64,000 nucleotides of DNA from Eledone cirrhosa (Eukaryota), in contig OZ024745.1 of NCBI GenBank assembly GCA_964016885.1, positions 98,828,001 through 98,892,000 of the forward strand, given 5' to 3'. The translations under genes were made by a program, and so were the position numbers. Numbering within the stretch: the stretch's first letter is position 1; every line of letters begins with the position of its first letter. Below are positions 53,672 through 64,000 of the stretch, piece by piece. Below the pieces are notes generated by a model, which searched no databases, had not been told where the DNA came from, and saw only the letters and a list, made by a program, of their open reading frames with translations.

Positions 53672-56333
53672 CTGTATAAAGAGGTAGAAATCAGATAACA
53701 TTTTAAACCACATATTTATAATTCACAAAATATTTAAAAAGAACTAAACAAATTTTTTAAAGTATTTTGATACATAACCCGTAACACAAAAAATGCACAA
53801 CACACTTACACATACTCACACACAACCCACACACATGTATACATAATATAAAAGTAAACAAAATTAAGTTTTTGATTCATTACTAGTACAAATTAAAACA
53901 TAAATTTTCCACTAATTACTTAATTTTCAAAACACAAAACTAATATTTTTAAAAATAAAATTAGGAGCCTTACACATTTAGAAACAATTTAACATAATAG
54001 AACATAGAAATTATAATATTCTTGTAGGCCTTGTTTGATTTGTGTTTGAAAGTTCAATAGATACAACAGCAAGTTTAAGAAAATATAGGTTTCCTTTTCC
54101 AAAGTGTCAGAGTGATAAAGAGGGTTACTTAATTGAAACCCAGGTTCAATTAAGTGCAGAGGAAAAGTGTCTTTTGACAACAACTGAAATGTCCTCCTAA
54201 CTCCTTATTTGGCAAGCTTTCTACAGCTGAATGCCCTTCTTAACACCCAACCACTTTAAAGTATGTACTGGGTGATTTTATTGTGTAGATCACTAGCATC
54301 AGGGAGGCTGTTATGTCCATGACACAACTGAAGGGCCCTCCCAACCCTTTGTTTGGCAAGCTTTCTATGGCTGGTACATATTTTAATGATCACAGCAGGA
54401 TAAAATGTGTTACTGACACAAAAAGAAATGAAACTAAGAAGTATAAGATAAATATGCTTTTAAAATTTACATTGCTAAAGATACATGCATATCCTAATGT
54501 TTAGAACAGCTACACCTTATCCTTCAATGTCATAAAAGCTGACTAAAATATCTAGCATCAAGAAAGACATCTTGCTGAAAAGCACTGCCTCAAAGATCCC
54601 TGTCAAACCAAGACCATCGTGAAAAATCATCATTATCATAAATCTGCTTTACCAAATTTGTATGGGTTGGATGGGGTTTTTTCAGCACAGCATCCCTTCA
54701 CTTGGCGCATTTCGTTATCATCACCTCTGTGAGCTTCAGCAATTTGAGATCAGGCTCAAACCACCTCTGTTCATGTCTTCCATGATCTTTTGCTTTTGTA
54801 GCTACTTTCCACTTGGATTTCTAGTCACTTCTTCACTCAGAATGTAAGAACAATGATGATGATGAGAGATGACTTAATATTTTGATTGCTTTTTATAAAT
54901 AGCAATAATGGAATGTGGCTGATCTTTCTTCTACTGCACCAAATTCCATTTAAGTGGTTCCCCTGATGACAACACTTGCCCACACAAAAATATATACTCT
55001 AACTTTTTATATGCATATTTTTTCAAAAATGAATTTTCTGCAGAACATGAAGTTATTTTTGTAAGTATCAATCACTTTATAACATATTGTTTGATATTTT
55101 TAAAACCATATTTAAGGCACAATAACCAAAATATCGCAGTGTTTGACTATTGACAACATATTTTTGTACCCTTTTGCAGGTTGCTTGACTGATAATAGGT
55201 TCCAATTTACAGTTGAGTAGCTAGTAGTAGAGGTTACAGCTGTAAAGAAATATAATTGCTCCAATAACCTAATCATGCCAGCATGTAAACATAGATGCAC
55301 ACAGCAAAGAAACAAAAGAGGCAGGGGCAAGGTAGGGGTACAGGATAACAACAGGCAATATGTGAGATTATAACTAGAAAAAGTAAAATATATATGAGAC
55401 AGAGAAAAAGATTGTGTATTTTTGGTGGTGATGGACAAATAGATTATATTATGGTTTGTAAAATTTGTTCGCCCAGCTGATTACTGGCTTGTGAATTTGT
55501 ACTTGCAGTAATTTAGTTTTGTCAGGGTTAGATATTTAATTTGACCTACTTCAATGAACTTAACTGGAATAGACAGTGAAAGGTTAGGGAAAGTCACTGG
55601 CAGTGCATTGCCATCAAATTCACAGAGAAGTTTATCTTTTTCTTATCCATATAAGACTCAACATGTTATGGCCAAATGATTGTGTGTGTGTGTAGGTGAA
55701 GGTGTCAAGGACTGTGTGTATATATATGTATGAGCAAGAGATGGTCACCTGACCCAACTTGAATCAAATAGGACAACCCGTCTAACCCATGCTAGCATGT
55801 AAATATAGATGTTTAACAATGATGATGATGAGGAGGATATATGTGATCAGGTCACACTGAAGTGTTACTGCTAATATGTAACCCAATACTGCCTTATTAC
55901 ATTGTCCGGTAAATTAGTGACTAAACCAGCAACCCCACAAAGCTTGCTTACTTGGTAAGAAGGATGAATTTTGGAGACTTTGCAAGATGAAAAAAACTCT
56001 TGTCAAAAGGCTGATGAACTCATGCGTGTGTGTGTATTTACATGTTTATGTAAATACTCATCAGAGAGGGATACTCTTATAATACGCATGAGGTATTTGA
56101 AGTCTCTGGCTATATTGCTGTTTTGGCTCACTACTAGTTTACTGGAGCCTAACATTTAAAAAATGGTTCTTGTCTCATACAAACACTTCCCACTATAATA
56201 TTTGATGTCAAGGTACTTTTTGTGCCCTTTTTTTAACACTTCCTCCCATGATAGGGAAATGCTACAATTTCAAAGGGGAAAAAGAAAATGAGAGCAAAAG
56301 GTGGTCATACTTGATAGTAAGTGGACAGCCACC

Positions 56334-56893
<560 letters not shown>

Positions 56894-56894
56894 A

Positions 56895-57353
56895 GAATTA
56901 GAATTTAGCTTCGAGCATAGCTGTATACAGATTTGAATTGGAATTTTGTATTTCTAAATACGGTATGTTTATAAATAAACATTTAGAAAGCCGTAGCTAT
57001 GCAAAAACACCAGTGGCTATCGCCACCTGTTGGTGTCCAGCACAAGGGGGACAATAGTCGATGCATTTCGAACTGAACTGGTTCTCATCAGGACGATCCC
57101 TCCTGCTCTTGCAATTGCTGGACTTTGAAAACAGGCGAGAATATATAGTTTTCTCGTCTGTGTAAATGGGATGATTAATCTCATTTGCATATGAAGCTAT
57201 ATAAGTTGGCTCAACTTAGAATCGAATTAGAATTTAGCTTCGAGCATAGCTGTATACAGATATGTATTAGAATTTCGTATTTCTAAAGAAATACGGCATG
57301 TTTATAAATAAGCATTTAGAAACCCGTAGCTATGCAAAAACACTGGCGGCTAT
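56895..57353 (-). mobile_element. Retrozyme-like or Penelope pLTR-like unit: 126/130-bp direct repeats with a 329-bp period enclosing the hammerhead
   Basis: Repeats at 56895-57020 and 57224-57353; abuts the (TA)n tract. Confidence 0.65.
57035..57123 (-). ncRNA. Type I hammerhead ribozyme, sense to DIP2 pre-mRNA
   Basis: Minus strand reads GUCCAGCA-AUUG-CAAG-AGCAGGA-GGGA-UC-GUC-CUGAUGA-GAAC-CAGUUCA-GUUC-GAAA-UGCA-UC/GAC-UAUUG-UCCC-C-CUUG-UGCUGGAC: intact core with stems I, II and III. Confidence 0.85.
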
Positions 57354-59003
57354 TAGATAACTAACCCATTTTTATATCATTTAGGAAATATTGTTTCAAA
57401 AATGTATCAAGATCGGTGTTTCAAACTGTTATTAGAAAAGAAATGGAGGAAAAGATAAGGTTCTTTGGAAGTTGTATGTGGCGCAGAAACTGCAGAGAAA
57501 TTGAGAAAATATATAAGTTGTGTAATAGAAAGAAGAAACAAGAAAACAATATGAAAAATCAACAATAATGTAATGAGATAAAGAAAGTATAAAGCATGGC
57601 AATGCTGAAGCATGGTCACAGTCCACAGGTTAAAATTAATGCACATTATCATTATCATTTTTACAATGGTTTTTACATGCTAGTATGGGTTGGACAGGAC
57701 CTTTTCAAACAATGTTTTACAGCTAGATATTCTTTCTAACACCAACCCTTTTAGTTACATCTTATGACATGCGGGAATAGTGTACCTATTCTAAACGAGA
57801 TACACACAGATAAATAACAATCTAACAAATCTAGTCCTTTGTCTTATATTATTTTCAAATAACAGTACATTTTTTTCTTCATGAACTAATCCTTAATAGC
57901 CACTAAATTACCTTATTAAAAGTATTATATAATATAATAGTTGGCATATAACTTTGAGTAGATATTTCAGAATAGACAATCTTAAAACTTGACAGAGGAC
58001 CCTTATGCCATGATAGTTTGAAATAAATTCATATGAAATAAATGAAAACAACGTAGATGTGGCTTTGAAACTATCATCATCACTGATTAACATTTATTTC
58101 CCATGCTTGCATGGCTTAGATAAGTTATCACATTGTGAGGCTAGACTGCTCAGGTGACCACATCTTGCTCATACATTCTCTTTTATCGCATGGTTCTTCT
58201 GATTGGATACCCTTCCTAATGCCAACCACCTTATAGGGTGTAATGAATGTATATATATATATTTTTTTTTTTTTTGGAGGGGGGGGGGGTCACATGCTTG
58301 GATTGGCTGGTACATACATTGGTTGGTGTGTGTGTGTGTGCATATATATATATATATATATCACTTTGGTTCACTATATATATTTAATTTAAATCTGCTT
58401 TCCTTACTAGCATGGGTTGAATGGGCCATCAAGGTTTGAGCCAGTCTTTAGTTTGAGTCTCTAAGACATGTCAGAAGACCATGTTTCACTTATACGGCTC
58501 ACCTTTGGCATGGTTTCTATGGTTCGATGCTATTCCTAAAACTTTATAGACCGTGCTGGATGGATTTTATCATAGGACTGACATTAGAGAGAAGTTGCCA
58601 TACCCCTAATCAGACTAAATACTTCTCTTGACCCTATTTTGTTTCAGCCAACTATTTTACAGAGGCTACTGCATGCATGTTTTCCTGGCACTAGTAGAGG
58701 TGAGGTCTTGTTGTGCACTACAAAACTAATGAGCCCTCACTACTTTACATTGTCTCTATTTATTCATGGCAATGCGACCAAGAGTTGTGAGAGAGCAATG
58801 ACAGGAGATGAACCAGAGTAAGTGGACTTAGTTTAAACAACTAAACTATTTGTTACTGTCCTGTAGCTTAGCAATTCAATGATAGAAGATCAGTGAGAAT
58901 AAGTATTATACTTAGTGAATGTAAAAACAATGATGATAGTGATATATTCTGGTGTATGGTCTTGTTTATGGTTAGTTTTGTATTTGTTGTACTGGACCCA
59001 ACA

Positions 59004-59219
59004 TTAACCATTTAGCATTTAAACTGGCCATATCTAGCCAAAATTCTCTCACCTCATTCTGTTCAAACTGGCTGTAATCAGCCACTCGTACTGATGTTAA
59101 GGTATTATTCTCAAAATAAATAATATAAAAATCTCATAGATTCGATATTATGTGAGGTAAAGCGTTTACCATGAAAATATAATAGTAAATATAGAGTAAT
59201 GTAAATGCTAAAGGGTTAA
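59004..59219. mobile_element. piggyBac-type MITE
   Basis: TTAA-CCATTTAGCATTTA ... TAAATGCTAAAGGG-TTAA; inverted copy at ~6069-6300. Confidence 0.7.
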
Positions 59220-60461
59220 CCTATATTTCTCTAATAAATTTTTCCTATTTTAATACTTCCTATCTCTATAACTCATTGATCATCCCCTTTCATTTGTTTC
59301 ATCAACCTCTAAATTTCATAGCTTTCCTCTAATTCCTTCCATTTTCTATAATATTTATACATGTTATTGTTGTTACAGCTCACACCTATGCAGGTTTACT
59401 GGCCTCCTCCAAGGTATATCTCATTGGAGGTGTCTTGGGTGATTTAATGATAGGGACCTCAGTCCTATCATCTCTTTTCTACAGCTGAGTAAACTGGAAC
59501 AACATGAAATAAAGTATCTTGCTCAAGGAAACAACACATCACCTGATCCGAGAATTGAACTCACAACCTTTCAATTGCAAGCCCAATACTCTAACCACTA
59601 AACCATGCACCTTCACAATATTTATACATGCTATCATCTTTCTCCTAATACTGTTTGGCAAGTCTTGAAGTTGCAATCACTTTGTATTTCTGTGAATGCT
59701 ACTTGATTTTAATATTGTAAGAATCACTAATTCTCTTTTTCTTTCACCCACTCTCATCACATCTTCCTCTGCCATGCTGCTTGTAGTGTGTTTTTTCTTT
59801 TCTATTCAATCTCCTTACTAACCAACATGGAGATGTCTGTCACTCTCTCTTATTGGTTACATTGATCTTACCCTGGATTCTTTCAGTTACCATCCCCTCT
59901 TCTAGCAACTCTCTCAAACAAAAAGATTCTTTAGTCTTGTTGCTAAGGGCATTACAACCTCTGCTGTAAAGTGGTTAATGTGAGAAAAGGTATCTAGCCA
60001 TAGAAACCATGTAATTTCAAATAAGAATGACAGTGTCTGTGTGATGCTCCATACATCTTATGCCAACATGTAAAGCATATGATGATAACGAAGATGGTGG
60101 TCATAGTGGTTATGATGTTAGCAATTTATTTAAATATATAGTGATAAAAGGTATAAGTATCTCATTTAAAAATAACAAAAGCAATCATCAAATGTATTAA
60201 AAGTAAATAGACTATGGAGAAACACTTTGTTTTAAAAAGGAAGTGAACATGGATATTGGGAAATTGCAAGCACAGGTATAACAAAGATTTTTCAGGTAAG
60301 TCAAAATTTTGTTACAAGACACACACAGCAATAAATATAAACATAATTGCATACAAAAGAATGGTATGTTGTTTTCAGATTAAGTCAAGCTTAAAAATGT
60401 AAAATATATACAAATAAAAGCAATATCACAGACACACTGTAAGTTTAAAAAAAACAACTTA

Positions 60462-60641
60462 TACAATGAAATTCCGTTATAACGAAATTCACGGGGTATA
60501 AAAAAAATTTGTTGTAACGAAAAATTCTTTATAACAAGATCGACTGAAACACATCGAGCATGTGGCCAGGGATTAAAAACAATTTTGGTATACTGAAAAA
60601 CTCGTTATAATGGTATTCGTTATAACAGAATTTTACCTGTA
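60462..60641 (+). mobile_element. Tigger/pogo-type MITE
   Basis: TIRs TACAATGAAATTCCGTTATAACGAA / TTCGTTATAACAGAATTTTACCTGTA with TA ends. Confidence 0.75.
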
Positions 60642-61178
60642 TTTCTTTTCAGACATGTCTTTAAACTAAACTCATCAGTAAGAAAATATATAATGTATGT
60701 TTTTACTATTGAATACTAAAAACATACATTATATATTTTCTTACTGCACCTTCAAATAATTTGTTAAAACAAATATTTGGTATGTTGTGGAGTATATTGG
60801 AAAGTTGTGGTTAATTATTCAAAAGTTTGCAGTTCCTGAACCTGTTGTTGGAGTGAATAACTAGGATTTGTGCAGGATATGTGAAGAATTGGAATAAAAT
60901 ATTGTTTTGCAGTTTGGTAACCTTATATATATATATATATATATTTATATATTTATATATTGCAGAAGATATGTTGCTTATACGCCGTTGTTACATTGTA
61001 TCTTCTTCAGGATAAGCTGGTCCAAGTGAACCAAAAGCACATCACGTGAGTAGTTATCCCAGGTAAGAGTTGGTGAATAGGAGTGACAGAGTATTCATTT
61101 ATTAAATAAGATGGCAGTAAGCATCACAACAGGGTGGTTATACATGGTTGGCAGCATATCCCAATGATTGCTTAACTG

Positions 61179-61264
61179 CACCTATGATTGCGTAAGCGTC
61201 TGATGAAGTCACATGCATAACCATGTAACAGAAATATATATCATGCAATAAAACAATTATGGTG
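61179..61264 (+). ncRNA. Type I hammerhead ribozyme motif, antisense to DIP2
   Basis: CACC-U-AUGAUUG-CGUAA-GCGU-CUGAUGA-A-GUCACAUG-CAUAAC-CAUGUAAC-A-GAAA-UAUAUA-UC/AUGC-AAUAAAA-CAAUUAU-GGUG; stem II opens with an A.A mismatch. Confidence 0.65.
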
Positions 61265-61589
61265 AAATAATCCTGTCTTATCTGCTCTTATTTGATATAT
61301 ATATATATTCATTTTCTTAAGGCTAAATAGTGAGTCTTGTTACTCTGGAGTAACAAGACTCACAATTTAGCTCTAATAAAATGAATATTCAAACTCTACT
61401 TCAGTATTGAGTACTCTTTTCTCTCAGCCATCAACCACATATGGAGATATATATACATAACAGGTAGATATAAACACAAAACAATCAAATTTTAAAAGAT
61501 TGTTCTGGTGATCCGCCCTTTTTTAATTGATTGTCATATAAGAGGAAGATGAGATCTAGAATAGACTTTCATAGTTACTGTTGATTCAG

Positions 61590-62200
61590 AAAGTTAAACA
61601 GAGTAGCTTCAGTTTTAGATCTCCTGCAGTATTTTCACCAATTACATAGTCTATGGCTGCCTTGAACCCGATGAAGACATTTTTTCTTCCTTTTTTAGAA
61701 ACGTATATTTCTTTTGGCAATCATCTCATCAACATTAATAATTTTCTACTCCATCAATATTTTTCAGTAAAACAGCAGTGTCTTCTTTATCAGCACATGT
61801 AGACTCACCTGCCATCTGTATGCTGTGTAAATTTCAGTAATTGTCGAAATGACCAAACCAACTAGGTCTTGCTACAAAGTTTTCAGTTCCTGCACCAGAA
61901 CCCTGTTTTTTATTTAGGTCATCAACTAAACTGAATGCTTTTAGTAGTACTGGAGAGTTATGTTGATGTATATCCTCCAAACGTTTAAATGTCTTCCCAT
62001 TGTATTGGTGCTATTCCTAGTTAATTTTGTAGTAGCTAAAGGTGTTACACATTGAGTATAAGCTTTTATGTTTTCAGCATAACTATAAATTGTAGGTTGC
62101 AAGGCAAGGGTTTTTCCAATATCCACAGCTTGCTCTCCATTGTTGAATTTCCATAAAACTTTTAATTTAGTTCCTAATACTACACTTTTTCTGTTGTTTG
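61590..62200 (-). mobile_element. Decayed Tigger/pogo transposase fragment
   Basis: Minus-strand FVARPSWF..NLHSIQMAGESTCADKE, GFKAA and GENTAGDLKLK, with stops and frameshifts. Confidence 0.7.
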
Positions 62201-63054
62201 TTTGTTTTTGTGCTCAAAGACAGTGGCTATGCACAGTGTTCATTTAACCATCATTGCAAAAAAGAGGAAAGAGATTGATCGTTAGATTAGACCAAGAAAA
62301 CAATGTTTCCATTGATCTTTTTCATTGCCGATACTATATGCCGGTCACAACTCCTGGCAGAGGGAGGCAGGATCCTAACTCAGATTTTTATTTTACAGTT
62401 TATTTGTTTTATTTTATTTCTCATCAACATCATAATGAAATAATGTTAAGTGAAGGCTGTCTGTACTAGACAACACCTAATGTAGAAGTGATAGAATACT
62501 TGACTATGGTAAAATGGTACCACAGACTTAAAACTAATAAAAGGAATGGTGAAAGAACCAAAAGAACTAAATAAAAAATATACTAAATGTAAATAATATT
62601 ACAGAATGATTAAAAGTCTTTGAGCAGTTTTCTATTCACATATATTTTGTTTTAAATACCCAGGTAAAAAGATTACATAAAAAAACATTTAATTGCTGAT
62701 ATTTTCATATACTTTCTTTTAGTATTTCAATTTTTTTTAAAATAACATGAAAGTTTGGAAGTGGGTTGTCATTTTTAAAAGGTATGTCTCATTTTAGTTA
62801 CAGAGCAACTGGTTTAGTTTTAAATCAGAAGATTAGGTGATGAGTAGGAATTGAGAAAGGGAAAGTGTGTAGAAAACAATATAATGAAAAACTACATCAT
62901 ATCAATAACAATAACAATAAAATATAAAAGCAAACAGATACAAAAAAATATCTAAGCTATAGCATGGTAACAAATATGTACATAAAAGCTCAGTAAATTG
63001 GAGCAAATAATGTCAAGCAAAAATTAAAATTAGGACACAAGGAGGGAAGTTTAC

Positions 63055-63110
63055 CTTCAATGTGTTTAACAGCTGTTGGATTTTGGCAGAGACCTTGCCA
63101 TGTCTTGAAT
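63055..63110 (-). CDS. DIP2: DIP2 exon SRHGKVSAKIQQLLNTLK
   Basis: Inside ORF 63013..63237(-); VS-KIQQLLNTLK motif. Confidence 0.93.
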
Positions 63111-63195
63111 CTATGTAATGTGAAAGAAAAAAATAATCATAATAAAAAGGTAATTTGTAGAGACAAATCAAATAGCTAGCAATTTTACAAAGCAG

Positions 63196-63234
<39 letters not shown>

Positions 63235-63694
63235 CATACATCCACACTTTTATCACCATAAGAAAACAAAATACAACAATGAGTTGACAACACTAACAGC
63301 GGTGACGACGACAACAACAACTAACAATTTTAAACAATTTTTTTTCTGCTTTTCCTAATAAATAAAAACCAAGAGAAATTGTCTAAATTGTGATATTTGA
63401 AAAAGAAAGAGAGAAAAAAAAGTCAGAAAATTACTTGTTTTCAGAAAGAATATAATTAGAAAAATAAAAAAATAAAATAAAATAGATAAAATAACTTTAT
63501 ATGTAGAGAAGACTGAGGTTGAATTTTTTAAGGAGTGGGCAAAGAAAAAAAAAAAGAAAAAAAAAGAAAGAAAGAAGCAAATTGTTTTGTCTCATGCTTG
63601 GTCAGTCAGAGAATGAAATACAAGGGGCTCGCCTGAGCACGACAGAGAAATTATTTCCGTGCAGACATTCAGAGAGGGGAGAAATAAGTCTTAC

Positions 63695-63761
63695 TTATGA
63701 TCCAGTTTACTATAGCTGCATCATCCATAGATTGAAGTTCACTCAATCCGGTCGGGAGCAT
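63695..63761 (-). CDS. DIP2: Candidate upstream or alternative first DIP2 exon MLPTGLSELQSMDDAAIVNWII(N)
   Basis: ATG-started, ends at a gtaaga donor in the phase needed to join 63110; in-frame TAA upstream; no homology recognised. Confidence 0.45.
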
Positions 63762-63949
63762 ACCTGCCCAAAGTTCATCATTCCATAAAACGGTGTTCAA
63801 ACAGAGACACGCAAACACTTTACACAGTTATCATGTGATAAGGATGGCCACGAATTTAAAGTTTAGCTCAGTTATATGATAAGAATGGCCAGAAATTTAT
63901 AAGTTTTTTGCTTAGAATAATTATGTGATTATGTGTTCCAAAAATAATC

Positions 63950-64000
<51 letters not shown>

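Noticed and set aside
60990-61012. Minus-strand CTGAAGA hairpin as another hammerhead
   Set aside because: No GAAA follows the putative stem II

Overview
AT-rich, repeat-dense eukaryotic DNA. The RTE LINEs, tRNA-SINEs and (TA)n content suggest a coleoid cephalopod such as Octopus, but the taxon is an inference. The whole window lies inside one minus-strand gene, a DIP2 (disco-interacting protein 2) homologue. I traced 18 GT-AG exons by hand (63110 down to 490, 1814 nt, about 604 codons, phases consistent). They encode the end of the N-terminal region and the first AMP-binding/FAAL-like domain, and the gene continues past position 1. The introns hold decayed RTE LINEs (with a PHD-like finger inside the RT), R4/Dong-type fragments, a Tigger/pogo remnant, MITEs, two tRNA-SINE families, a U2 snRNA fragment and several minisatellites. 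The main unannotated signal is a group of hammerhead-ribozyme motifs in the intron at 53672-63054. (1) A complete type I hammerhead on the DIP2 sense strand (57035-57123) sits inside a retrozyme-like unit with a 329-bp period. (2) A second type I motif lies on the + strand (61179-61264). (3) A decayed type III-like fold lies at 56019-56092. All structure calls are by eye; no search or folding program was run.
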